DNA from: Octopus vulgaris
Taxonomy: Eukaryota
Reading direction: 5' to 3'
Assembly (NCBI GenBank): GCA_951406725.2
Contig: OX597817.1
Location: 162,192,001-162,256,000 of the forward strand
Length of the DNA stretch: 64,000 nt
Positions 29,530 to 41,925 of this stretch are shown in pieces (positions within the stretch are counted from its first letter, which is position 1; each line of letters begins with the position of its first letter). Below the pieces are notes generated by a model, which saw only the letters and a list, made by a program, of their open reading frames with translations, was not told the DNA's origin and did not search any database. The translations under genes and the position numbers were made by a program.

Positions 29530-30720
29530 TCTGGATCTGGTGCAAGGGCAGAAGCCCATGGTCTTTGCAAGCACTCTTAGACCAGTACGATTGGTGCCAT
29601 TAATATTTTTTCTTGAACCTTTGTGAGCCAATACTTGCAAGGAGCATATGAACTAGGGGGGGATCTCCTGAGAGCCAGCGTTTGGGGAAAGAAACATTGT
29701 GTAGTGATTGGTACGGGGCCTAGATTGGGCTGGACACGACAAAGGTGAAGAGAAGAAGGGTACGTGGAATAGGAGTGTTTGAGTGGAAGCGGTATAAGCT
29801 CAGACAAGGCGGCGAGCTAGCAGAAACGTTAGCATGCTGGGCGAAATGCTTAGCGGTATTTCGACTGCCGCTACGTTCTGAGTTCAAATTCCGCCGAGGT
29901 CGACTTTGCTTTTCATCCTTTCCGGGTCGATAAATTAAGTACCAGTTACGCACTGGTGTCGATGTAATCGACTTAATCCCTTTGTCTGTCCTTGTTTGTC
30001 CTCTCTGTGTTTAGCCCCTTGTGGGTAGTAAGGAAATAGGTATTTCGCCCATCGCTACGTTCTGAGTTCAAATTCCGCCGAGGTCGACTTTGCCTTTCAT
30101 CCTTTCCGGGTCAATAAACTAAGTACCAGTTACGCACTGGTGTCGTGGTAATCGACTTAATCCGTTTGTCTGTCCTTGTTTGTCCTCTCTGTGTTTAGCC
30201 CCTTGTGGGTAGTAAAAAATAGGTATTTCGCCCATCGCTACGTTCTGAGTTCAAATTCCGCCGAGGTCGACTTTGCCTTTCATCCTTTCCGGGTCGATAA
30301 ATTAAGTACCAGTTACGCACTGGGGTCAATATAATCGACTTAATCCGTTTGTCTGTCCTTGTTTGTCCCCTCTGTGTTTAGCCCCTTGTGGGTAGTAAAG
30401 AAATAGGTATAAGGCCAGCCAGCTTCAAGTAGAGGCTATTTACTTGTGATAGAAAAGACGAAGAAAGAGAGAGAAAAAGAGAGAGAGAGAGAATGAGTGA
30501 TTGAGTGAGTAAGAGTGTGAGGGAGAGAGAGAAAGAGACAGACAAATAGACAGACAGAGGCAGAGAGAGAGACAGCATGACTGAGGGCCATTGGTTGAAG
30601 TGTTTTAATGAGTAACTCTATGTCAGTTTATCGGTTGGCCTATTTCTGCATGCAGTCTCGGATATCCATGCGCGCAGCAACAGCACTGTCACATTGTGGG
30701 TCTCACCTGAACTCTGAAGT
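29530..30720 (-). pseudogene. Highly decayed CR1/Jockey-group LINE RT C-terminus, split by the SINE trimer
   Basis: Fragments DCMQK*ANR..LQPMALSHAV / LFYH..KLAGLIP / RTNHYT..FFPQT resemble LD.IQ..A.R..LQPL..RR / LFYRY..ELA.LIP / RT..Y..SFFPRT. Confidence 0.5.
29806..30405 (+). mobile_element. SINE group B head-to-tail trimer (period 183-184 bp)
   Basis: ggtatttcg at 29855, 30039 and 30222; right flank begins ggtataag, as does the left TSD copy at 29791. Confidence 0.92.
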
Positions 30721-31108
30721 GTATCAGTAATTGTTGGGGTGGAGGGGACGTTGTTGTCTTTCAAAAGAGGAGGTCCAATCCTTGGGATGTAGCCCACGTT
30801 ACGTTATGGCCGTGCTCCCGCTAGAAGAGGTGCATAACAGACAAAGAAATATTACGTAGATGCAAATACTGTTTTGTCTTTTTATTAATAAAGGGGTGAA
30901 TATTACAAAGAATTATGAGAGAAAAAAATATATTAGAACTAGGCGTATGTCTTGGTATGTGGCTCAGAAGCTTGCGCTTTGCAGCCACGAGATTTCTTAG
31001 GTTCAGCCCTACTGTGCGGTAACTTGGGCAAATGTCTTCTATTATAACCTTGAGCCAATCAATGTCTTATGAGCGAATTTGATGGACAAAACTGTACGAA
31101 AGCCCGCC

Positions 31109-31146
<38 letters not shown>

Positions 31147-31273
31147 AAGGCGCGAAATTGTAATGATCTTGGACGTTGACTGATGAGGAATTAGCTACGA
31201 ATTTTTTGTTTGTTTTTGTAAAATTTTCCGTTTGTTGTGCTTTTGTTAAATTTTTGGAATATATATATATATA

Positions 31274-31657
31274 CTAGCAGTATCGCCCGGCGTTGCTCAG
31301 GTTTGTAAGGGAAATAACTATAAAGCATTTTTAGAGAGTTATAGCCAAAGAATAGCAAAAAAATGGAAAAAAATGATTGTAAATTTTTTTTTATAGTTAA
31401 AATAGGTGGAGTTGCGTCCCCTACACAGTTTGTGGTTTGTGTTCCTGATTCTCGACCCCATGTCGAATTTATCGATTTTTTTCAGAACTGGGGGAACTTT
31501 TCAAAATTTTCACTGCGTTAGTTTTGAATTATGACATTGGGCTATGTGTGTGTCAAGTTTCATCAGAATCGGTTGAAAGCCGTGGTCAGGGTGAGGGTAC
31601 AACCAAACAGACACACAGAAACACGCACAGACAAACTGCCGTTTATATAGAGAGAGA
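31274..31657 (-). mobile_element. Non-autonomous Helitron H1, complete
   Basis: 5' A|TCTCTCTCTATATAAACGG, 3' hairpin + CTAG|T. Confidence 0.88.
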
Positions 31658-31974
31658 TATCTTCAAATAACATTCTCTCTATCTGTCTGTCTGTCTCTCT
31701 CTCTGTTCCTCTCTGTATGTCTGTCTTTATTATTATTTTTGTATTTGAAGCTACCCAAGCCATTTAGGGAGCTTCTTTATGTTTGTTTGATACGCAAGAA
31801 ATACCAGCCAAATCTGCCTAAAAATCAAACCTCCGTTTTGAGAAAAAGGAAGGACTAATTAGATAATGTAGCGCTAAGACATATGAATGCTCATGACTGG
31901 AATGCCTTTGATCATATCGTAGGTCTGCTCAACAATGGTTGGCCTGGGGTTAAACAAGAACAACAAGAACAACG

Positions 31975-32028
<54 letters not shown>

Positions 32029-34330
32029 GTCACCACAATCACCACCACTTCCACCTCTGCTAGTATTGTCACCATCACCACCACCACCACCATCACCACC
32101 ACCATCACCACCATCACCACTACGACTACTATTACTACGCTTACTGGGACTACTACTTTGCCCTACAAATCTAGTAGTTCTCCATCCCAACCCTATTTAA
32201 CATAGCGCCACCTAGTTCTGAGAGACTGACTCAGACTGTACTAATTCACCAAATAGTCATCTTACTGTGAGAAATATTGTTATTGGTATTTTATTTGTGT
32301 GGGCCCACTACTGCTGTTACTGTTATTGTTGATGGTATTATTACTGTTGTTGCTGTTGTTGTTGTTGTTGTTGTAGTAGTTGTTGTTATAAGTGGTGATG
32401 TTACAGTGATTTTTGTTTTTGTTTAGCCCCCCCCTCATGCTCAGCTCAGTCCTGATCGAACGTGCTCCAGCAAAGGCGGTATCGCCTTATCGCTGTGTAC
32501 AGTTTTTCTCATTTCTCTCTCCTCTTCCTTTCTTTTCTTCCCCTTTTATGTAAACTCCCCCCCTCACACAAATTGTAAACTGTCCATTTAAACTGACCTC
32601 TCATCTGATGTCCCTGCGACAACACAGAGGTCGACTTTGCCTTTCATCCTTTTAGGGTCGATGAAATAAGTACTCTTCCCTGCAATTTTCAAGTCTTGTG
32701 CTTATGATAGAAAAGGTCGAGTCCTTCTTCCTCGGTTATCCCTAAGAGGAACTCCCTGCTTTTGGGGAATTTTTATGGTTTAATTTTACTGTTGTTATTA
32801 TTGTTTTATATACGGTATTGTGCTAACCCCCATTTGTCCCTTGGGTTGTATTGTCCCTATTTGTTTTGTGTTCAGCCTTGTGGCCAGTAAAAAATATCAT
32901 CATCATCATCATTATTATTATTATTGTTTTTTTTCCTTCTTTCTTCAAATTTTATCCCATTTCCCGTCGATTGTTTTCCCTACACCTAGGGCAGAGAAGC
33001 TCATTGTATGCATTCCCTTTGAATTCAAATCCTATCGAAATCAACTTTACCCTTCATCCTTTCGAGGTCGATAAAATGAAATACCAGAAATGTACTGCTG
33101 TCGATGTAAACGACTTGCCCTTCTCAAAATTGTTGGCCTTGTGCCAAATTTAGAAAGAATTATAATTGCAGTTGTTATTATTTATCCCTGAAACTGAACG
33201 TGTTTTGGAAGCTCTGTGAATTTATTCCTTGTTTTCCTTTTTGGAAAACTGTTTCTGTTGATTTTACTGTTCTACCTTGATGCTTACTAGACCAGAACCA
33301 TAATGGACAACTCAACCATTTTTGCCACACGCTAAGTCAAGTTTTTGAGTATTTCTTTTCTTTGCTTGCGTTCCCTCTATCTTTCCAATTGGAAGGAGAA
33401 ATCAGTGGCTGTGCTGAGAGTGGTGAAAGAGAGAAAAAGGTATTATAAACGTAGTTAAACAAGGTAGATGAATTGTTATATGTGAGGTTGAGTGGATGCG
33501 TTGGATAGAAAAGGAGAAATAACCAGCAGTCAACAGCTGAGATAGGCAGTCATGCGAGTAGACAAAATTATAAGAAGGAATGGAAAAAGAATGAGAGAGG
33601 AAGAGATAACGCGATTAAAAGAGAAGTGGAAAGAAGACAGATAAATATGGAAAATAGAAACGGATATTAATCTAAAAGCATAACAAAAATAGAAAGTGAG
33701 AAAGCGCTAGAGATAGAAAGTACAAGAAATAGAGAGAAATTCGTATATAATATTGAAGTATATGAGGGGCGTTAGAAGATGCAGAGAAGAAATGGAAACA
33801 GATTTTAAATGAATGATAAAAATGAAACAAGGGAAGAAATAATGAAGTACATGAGTCTGAGAATAATGAAGGCAATTGGAGGCAACAAGAATAAGAATAA
33901 CCGAACTAAGGCAAAATAAAACACAGGATGAAAACAGAGCAAAATTTAAAGCACAAAAGTTAAGAATTACTGAAAGAAATAGGAATAAATTCCATCATTT
34001 TCTGTTTCTACTACATTAGTGTGCTTGTGTATGTATGTAATGAAGAGACCCAATCACAGACTACAGATCTACCATTAGGATGCGAGTTAACGCCGACGAC
34101 GATGTAAAGTAACACCTTTCAATGTGTATATAAACAAGTTTCAGTAATCATAATATCAGTCACCTGGGAATCGGATACGACAAACCTCGTGTAAACTATT
34201 CACACATATTTAGCTTTGGATAAATAATATTCCACTCAGTCTAACAGTTCTGGGGACATATCTTATTTCGCTTAATTGCAATTCCACACCAGTGGCCTAC
34301 AATCAGTGTGTGTGTGTGTGTGTTTGTGTT

Positions 34331-34394
<64 letters not shown>

Positions 34395-34891
34395 CGTGTA
34401 ATTTTTGCATTTATTTTGCCAGATTCTTGATGTGAAATCGTATATTGAAACAGATATTGTATCATGGGAATAGCTTTTGCCAACACTGGTTGTATTTCGC
34501 TTATTTTTATTACCATTAGTCAACTAGTTTGCTAATCAACCAATTAACTAATCGATTGCTTAGGTTTGCCACAGACCTTTAATCGCCGCCATCCACGCAC
34601 TAATAAATTTCGTGCCTCTTTGCTGCAGGTCTGCCACAATGTATCGAAACATCATGATAGACTTGGGGCAATGTCATTGATGAGGTCACGAATCGAAACA
34701 AAAGGACCCTGACAACCCGATGGATTGATTGACAGATAATCAAGCGATTAGTCAGAAATGGATTAGTTAATTGACTAATTAGTTAACTCGGTGACTAATG
34801 ATAATATAGAAATAGGCGTGCAACTTTTGCTGGCAAAATTACCCTTCCGAGATACTAGAAAATACATCCATACATGCATATATATATATAT

Positions 34892-34986
34892 ATATACAAA
34901 GTAGTAAATATATGGCACAACTAAGTACCGATATTTCCAGTAAATATCGGTACTTAGTTGTGCCATATATTTAATACTTTGTGTAT
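34892..34986. repeat. Near-perfect 45-bp-arm palindrome (5-nt loop)
   Basis: Arms 34892-34936 and 34942-34986, 2 mismatches. Confidence 0.95.
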
Positions 34987-35064
34987 TTTTCCCTCACGGG
35001 CTATTCTTTACTGGAAGGCGATACTCTAGTATTGCATTACTAATTTATATATATATATATATGA

Positions 35065-35240
35065 TAGATCGGTAGCCACTACACACATTTTTCTCTCCTT
35101 GATTTTTCTGTTTCCCTATCTATAGAAGAGCGTAGGCTCGAAACGTAAAAGATTTTTTCAATTCCTGAGCGTTATACTAGTACATCTGTTTGTTTTGTAC
35201 ACCACCTGTCTTCGTCTTTTGTTTTCTTCGTGAACTCTCC

Positions 35241-35244
<4 letters not shown>
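35065..35244 (+). mobile_element. Short HHR-family element with decayed core
   Basis: ctataga-a-gagc(gtag)gctc-gaaa-cg-ta-aaag at ~35116-35151; flanked by (TA)n. Confidence 0.7.
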
Positions 35245-35311
<67 letters not shown>

Positions 35312-35329
35312 CATATGTATGTATGTATG

Positions 35330-35388
<59 letters not shown>

Positions 35389-35429
35389 ATATATATATAT
35401 GCATGTATGTATATATACATGTATGTATA

Positions 35430-36228
35430 TCTCTCTATATATAAACGGCAGTTTGTCTGTCTGTGTGTCTGTCAGGTTGTACCCTCACCCTGACCACGGC
35501 TTTCAACCGATTCTGATGAAACTTGACACACACATAGCCCAATGTCATAATTCAAAACTAACGCAGCAAAAATTTTGAAAAGTTCCCCCAGTTCTGAAAA
35601 CAAATCGATAAATTCGACATGAGGTCGAGAATCTAAGCTTTTTATATGCAACACATTTTCTACAGACTGTCTAGGGGACGCAACTCGACCTTATTAACTC
35701 TCGGAACACGTGGGGTAATATCCCAAAATGTATAAAAATGTACAAAAACGGCAAAAAAGCGGGCAGCAATGTGAGTGACAACAACGAAAAAGTCAAAAGT
35801 GACCAAACTCAACAAACGAATGGAAAAGGTTTTTTTGGTGCACACGACAAAAGCGGTTTATAATAAACCAACAGTTTGCAAGTAGCGTCCAAGGACCCTT
35901 AGGGTACGTCAAAAATTTAAGGTAAAACGTTTGGGGTGGTAGTTATAAAGAAAGTGTAAACAAAAAAAGTATTCGAATAACTTGCGGCTGCAGCAGCTAT
36001 TAGCAGAAGTGGCAGTGTTGGGGTAAAGTCTCGAATGTAATTTCTTCCTGGTAGGAATTGGTTGGGTTGAATTATCGATAGCTGTTTGATAGTTATTTGG
36101 GAGTGAAGAGAAGACATTGCAACCTACACATGCGCCTTCGTTCCCTAGAGGGAAAGGACTAGATTGGGATTAGTCGTTGCCTACTAGGGGCTCTTACATA
36201 CCCGGGAAATGCCGGGCTATGCTGCTAG
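35430..36228 (+). mobile_element. Chimeric Helitron: H1 5' part plus an alternative 3' half
   Basis: TC start; H1 identity to ~35702; ends cccgggaaatgccggg..CTAG|T. Confidence 0.82.
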
Positions 36229-36300
36229 TATATATATATATATATATATATATGTACATATGTATATATATGTGTGTATATATATATATACATATATATG

Positions 36301-36365
<65 letters not shown>

Positions 36366-36392
36366 GAGAAAAAAGCAACAAGAATGGATTAG

Positions 36393-36486
36393 TTTTTCAG
36401 TACAATTGTTTCATACAAAGACAAGCTTTATTAAAAGCTGCAAATATTGCAGCAAATACAAGTGTCCCGTACTCATCAGCCAAAAC
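36393..36486 (-). ncRNA. Hammerhead ribozyme at PLE 3' end, extended stem/loop II
   Basis: ttttgg-CTGATGA-gtacgggaca...tgtctttgtat-GAAA-caattg-TA-ctgaaa; stem III palindrome ACAATTGT; inner hairpin gctgcaa/ttgcagc. Confidence 0.8.
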
Positions 36487-37625
36487 ACATATGAGTTCTC
36501 CAAGCATCCTAGTGGGTGAGGCTACACTCATGAAGTATGGGAGATAGTTCTATAAAAAGCAAATTTAGGTTGTAAGCAGACTTCTAAAGTTATCTAATGA
36601 TGATGCACAGTCTTATAACAGGTTTTAAAAAAGCTTGTTAGCTTCACAGAGAAGGTGAATCAATCCATAATGTAGGTGCCAATTACCGGAGATATGAGGA
36701 GATATTTCATACTCACAGACGATGAATCTATCCATGATTAATCCACAATAAGGTGGGTATAATTTCCTGCTATATGATAAGATACTTGTCACACCTCTGT
36801 TCATTTCACAAAACTGCTATGTTAGAATTATAAAGGCTGAAGGAATTTTGTGGAGCAAAGAAAAGAACAAGAAAAACCGCCCACATAGAGCATACTGGGA
36901 TAACTGAGAGGGAAGGGGTCGCAGGTACCCACCTACACAGAAAAGTCTCTTTCTGTGGAGACAGACAGTGTGGCTTAGAATTTGCAGGAATCTAAGAATT
37001 GTAAAGAACATTATTTTTGACCAGTATACAGCTACTAATTGCCAATCCGACGGAGCTAAAGCAGATATAAGAATCTAAAGAGAACAAGGGAAGGGGTAAA
37101 GGGGTCAAAGGCTATCATTAGAGGAAAATACATTAAGAGAAATAAGTGCAATACTAGAAGGAGGTCATTTAATTAATTAATTTATTTATTATTGTTACTG
37201 TTTATATTATTGTTACTGTTTATACAATGACAGACTGTAGGTCTATACCTAGAGGTAATTTACAAGGTGTGAGAGAATTGCTTATCATATTGAAATTTCT
37301 TATACTACTTTTAAGGGAGTAGCATTACTTAATTTAACTTTATAATAGAATTATGAAGTATTAGTAACTTATTTGATTTAGTTGTGTTACCTAAATTAGA
37401 TTAAAATTAGATTAAATTAAATTAACTATATAGTCAATTAAACTTTTTTAGGCAACGTACAAATACTATTTATTTCTTTATGTTCAAAATCAGGTGCATT
37501 TAGAAAGAAAGAAATAACCATAGTGTAAGAGCTCGCAGTTATCTATTAAAAAAATATTAGAGTTTTGTTTTACTAGTAAAAGCAAGATAGATCTATCTCC
37601 ATACGATTATTCTATACGGTTTTTA

Positions 37626-38434
37626 TTTAAAATATTTTAGAGTCTTCATTTTAGCGTGAATACAAGATTAACCCAGTTCTATATAGTTATTTAACAAATT
37701 CCTATTTTTTCTATGCATTAGAATTTCATACGTCTCCATGGAGCAGAGTTGGCAACCAACCCTGTTATTTTTATAAGGCATTGCTCTTCTAACTATTTCC
37801 CAATTAAGGTTATATTTAATATTATTATTTTTGAGTTCCCAGATCTTACTTGAAAGTGTGGTGGTACCAGCTTTATGACGTGACTTAAAAGAGGAGATAT
37901 GATTGCTAATTCTTTTCCTAAAATTTATAGTACAACCTAAATAAAGAAATTTGCTATTCTCAGTAGTTATGGTACATTTATAGATTACGTTACTTACCCC
38001 GAACAGACCAGGTGCCGGGCATTTTGACCTAATTCTACAATTACACGTAGGGGGATCATCTTCAGGTGTTGGATTATTTATGGATAGATGTCTCATGTTC
38101 ATGTTATTCTGATTATCATGAGTATATTTATCGTTATTATTATTATTATTATAGTTAATGTTGTTATCTAAAGCAGTGTTATCATTTATCGATCCTTTTA
38201 CACTATCATTTAGTTCTAAAGTCCTACCATGATTACTCACATTATTGGTATTGTTACTATTATTGCTAGTATTTGTATCCGAATGTATATTGTTGTTATA
38301 GATATCAATGATGTCTTCATTCCCTGTATTTTCTCTATTAGCATTACTCCTATTATTAACATTATTACTCCTATTAATATTAATATTATTATTAGTTATT
38401 CCATGGTTATTGATTCTACCTATGTTTTGATAGT

Positions 38435-38435
<1 letters not shown>
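37626..38435 (-). pseudogene. PLE ORF C-terminus: Asn-rich linker, CNC..CP motif, GIY-YIG endonuclease
   Basis: CNCRIRSKCP..NVIYKCTI..YLGCT..FRKRISNHISSF..TLSSKIWELK..WEIV..CQLCSMETYEIL..LLN; premature TAA before SCIH and a 1-bp frameshift near 38385. Confidence 0.88.
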
Positions 38436-38488
<53 letters not shown>

Positions 38489-38829
38489 AGTGGACACCAT
38501 CAAATCAGACGTTGATCTGGAAAATCGTGCAGTCTCCCTCAATTTTATCCGTGTTCGTCATACAGTTTATCTCCTTCTTCAAAATAGATTCTATTCATTT
38601 GAGATGTCTGCTGGGTCGCTTTGATGCGTCCAGTACACATCATTACTTGGTCATTTTTAGTGTTTCGGACAACAGCAAACCACCGGACGAGCATTAAGCA
38701 GCAGTTGTTGTTGCTGTTGTCTTTTCTTTCTTTTTTCCTTTTCTCTTTAAAATTGTTTTTAATGCTGTTATTGTTGTTATTGTTTATTCTCTGAACCGCC
38801 ATGTTCCGAAAGTATTCCACTTATTGTCA

Positions 38830-39215
38830 TTTACTCATTTTCACTTTGGCCATGCTGGAGCACCGCCTTTAGTCGAGCAAATGGACCCCAGAACTTATTC
38901 TTTGTAAGCCTAGTACTTATTCTATCGGTCTCTTTTGACGAACCGCTAAGTTACTGGGACGTAAACACACCAGCATCGGTTGTCAAGCGATGTTGGGGGA
39001 ACAAACACAGACACAAACACACACACACATATATATATATACATACATATATACGACGGGCTTCTTTCAGTTTCCGTCTACCAAATCCACTCACAAGGCT
39101 TTGGTCGACCCGAGGCTAAAGTAGAAGACACTTGCCCAAGGTGCCACGCAATGGGACTGAACCCAGAACCATGTGGTTGGTAATCAAGCTACTTACCACA
39201 TAGCCACTTCTGCGC
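38830..39215 (-). mobile_element. SINE group A
   Basis: Family match. Confidence 0.88.
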
Positions 39216-39651
39216 ATATTTACGCATTTGTTTGAAATTTCAGGCACACTATATCTAGGACCACGTTGTTTTATATATCCTTCCCTTAAGACATAAAAAT
39301 ATGATTTGAGGGCGATTTGGCTGTTAGTTCTAGCATGTTAGATTACAATATAAAGGTTCCCCTCAATGACTGACGTGATATAACTGAGTATAGACTGCTA
39401 AAATAGTGTCGTCTGATTCAGCATGGGGTAAACTTTCTGACATAAAACGCCTCCTTGGAAAAAATCCCTTCGGATATACCTCTGAAGGGCAGAACACCCA
39501 CAATTGAAAATAAACAAATACGTAAAAATTAAAATTTTCAAGCAGAAATTTTTTTTTTAAATGAAATAATTAATTTTCAATTTTAGCAGTTAGCGATAAA
39601 GGCACCCATTAAATGAAGTCGTTTAAATGCTTGGAATATTCACGAGAAGTA

Positions 39652-39692
39652 ATTACCTAGGTAACGTATTCTATTTCCGTTACCTAGGTAAC
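39652..39692. promoter_or_regulatory. Paired RFX X-box-like palindromes
   Basis: attacctaggtaac (39652-39665) and gttacctaggtaac (39679-39692) fit GTNRCC-N0-3-RGYAAC; function not shown. Confidence 0.3.
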
Positions 39693-39999
39693 CTAATCAC
39701 CTGTGGAGGTGGGTATCAAACAACAAGATTGCAATAAGAAAGTCGTTATAAGTATTACACCGTGATACGCACATTACTACACGTGTTGTAAATGTATAGC
39801 TTTCTATTTTACAGGGAGACTGAATTATTTACAGTCATGAAAATAAATATAAGACAAAGAACATCATACCGAATATTTGAAAAAATTAATAAAATACGTT
39901 ATTAAAAACGTTATTAAGTGTTAAACTTCATTTAAAATTCATTTTACTTTCACCTCATCTTATGTCCAAATCCATTCACAAATCACTATTACAGGCGCA

Positions 40000-40840
40000 A
40001 AGGCGGCGCGTTGGCAGATACGTTAGCACGCCGGGCGAAATGCATAGTCGTATTCCGTCTGCCGTTACGTTCTAAGTTCAAATTCCGCCGAGGTCGACTT
40101 TGCCTTTCATCCTTTCGGGGTCGATAGATTAAGTACCAGTTTCGCACGGGGGTCGATGTGATCGACTTAATCCATTTGTCTGTCCTTGTTTGTCCCCTCT
40201 ATGTTTAGCCCCTTGTGGGTAGTAAAGAAATAGGTATTTCATCTGCCGTTACGTTCTGAGCTCAAATCCCGCCGAGGTCAACTTTGCCTTTCATCCGTTC
40301 GGGATCGATAAAATAAGAACCAGTTACGCACTGGGGTCGATGTAATCGACTTAATCCCTTTGTCTGTCATTGTTTGTCCCCTCTATGTTTAGCCCCATGT
40401 GTGCAATAAAAAAATAAGAATCGTTAAGCACGCCGGACAAAATTCTTGGCGATATTTCATCGATCTTTACGGTTTGAGTTCAAATTCTGCCGAAGCTGAT
40501 TTACCTTTCGGAGATCGATAAAATAAGTACGAGTTGAACACGGAAGTCGATGTAATTGACTAAACCTCTCTCCTCAAATTCCATAGTAGAAAGGATTATT
40601 ACAGGCCCAGTCAAAGCGACTAACAGGCAGAATCGTTTGTAGACCGGTCAAAATGCTTAGCGGTATTTCGTCCATCTTTATGGCCCGAATTCAAATTCTG
40701 CCGAGGCCGACTTTGCCTTTCATCCTTTCGGGAGTCGATAAAATAAGTACCAGTTGAGCACTGGAGCCGATGTAATTGATTTACCCTGCACCTACATCCC
40801 ACTTCGAAATTGCTGGCCCTGTGCCGAAATTTGAAACCAT
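40000..40840 (+). mobile_element. Cluster of SINE group B copies (young dimer followed by two old copies)
   Basis: Junction gaaata|ggtatttc at 40233; old tails near 40580 and 40830. Confidence 0.85.
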
Positions 40841-41044
40841 TATTAATTGGTACAGTAATGAAGTGTAGTTAAATAGCACTCTTTCCGACCTGGTGGTTTC
40901 GGGTTCAGTACCACAGCGTGACACTTTGGGCAAGTATCTTCTATTATGGACCCGAGCCGACCAATTCCTTTGAGGGAATTTGGAAGACGGAAACTGAGAG
41001 GAAATCCATCATTTGTGTGTGTGTGTGTGTGTGTGTGTACATAT

Positions 41045-41247
41045 GTGACCTCGTGTGTACCGTTGGCGTTTTTTCCTCTGTCTTCCCTTCTCGGGATCTT
41101 TCCTTCTCCCATGTTTCCGACAAAGAGCTCCGCTCGAAACGTTAAACCCTCCTTCTTCCCTTCTTTTCCGAGCGTCCAATAATACTATATTTGTTCCACG
41201 TCCTCGCGTTGTTGTGTCTTTTTGTGTTTTCTTGTTTGGATTAACTA
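41045..41247 (+). mobile_element. Short HHR-bearing element (divergent subfamily) inside a SINE A microsatellite
   Basis: gttt-ccgacaa-a-gagc(tcc)gctc-gaaa-cg-tt-aaac at 41113-41147; stem I gttt/aaac. Confidence 0.65.
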
Positions 41248-41248
41248 T

Positions 41249-41321
<73 letters not shown>

Positions 41322-41719
41322 CAGATGTGTGTGTGTCTCCGAATATGTGTTTGTCCCTCGCCCCACCACCGCTTGTCAATCGGCGTTGGCTTGTTTACGT
41401 CCCCGTAACTTAGCAATTTGCTAAAGGACACCGATAGATGTACCATATTTAAGATAAGTACTGGAGGCGAGCAGTGGGGTCAGTTTGCTCGACTAGAGCC
41501 TACAAGGTGATGCCCTAGCATGGCTACAGTCCGATGACCGAAGCAAGAGAAAGAGGATTTAAAATGATACTTTAGTCTTTTAACCGTTGTTCTTAAAGTT
41601 CTTTGTAACATTCTTTGTGGGAATCATTAACCAAGGCTCTGAGGAGATACAAGTAAAATACGATTATTTGTCTGCGGGAGAAACAGGGGAGAAATTCTTG
41701 TGCAAGAATATGACAAACA

Positions 41720-41925
41720 ACCGACACATGGGTGCAATTGAAATAACCCAATAGGCCTTCCAGTTCTTCAACATCGGGTGTATTCTCAATGGGATAATCT
41801 ATTTCATTGGCCACTTTAACTATACATAGAGAAACCAGTGCATCCAACACTTGGCAAAAGTGTGTCACTCGACGATCAAGTCTGTATGCAATGATCAGTC
41901 CTAAACTTTGCAGTTCTTCAAAGTA
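41720..41925 (-). pseudogene. MULE/Mutator-like transposase remnant
   Basis: LQSLGLIIAYRLD..HFCQVLDAL..ENTPDVEELEGLLGYFNCTHVS resembles Q.LGL...Y...F..ML.ALAF...LL.YF..TYV of MULE transposases. Confidence 0.55.

Larger units (their letters stand above)
36365..38436 (-). mobile_element. 5'-truncated Penelope-like retroelement (Naiad-like) flanked by (TA)n
   Basis: Linker + GIY-YIG coding, ~1.2-kb 3' region ending in an HHR, TA tracts on both sides. Confidence 0.85.

Noticed and set aside
29806-30405. Regular repeats resembling a CRISPR array
   Set aside because: Whole 184-bp units repeat with no unique spacers; eukaryotic SINE array.
31178-31202. ctgatgaggaattagctacgaa
   Set aside because: No stem II pairing and no GAAA-NUH.
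34676-34702. ttgatgaggtcacgaatcgaaac HHR-like; nearby possible splice acceptor
   Set aside because: No stem I/III or NUH; reading frames after the AG close quickly with no recognisable protein.
38545-38820. 91-aa minus ORF upstream of the PLE
   Set aside because: Separated from the PLE by (TA)n, partly AAC repeat, no PLE or host motif recognised.
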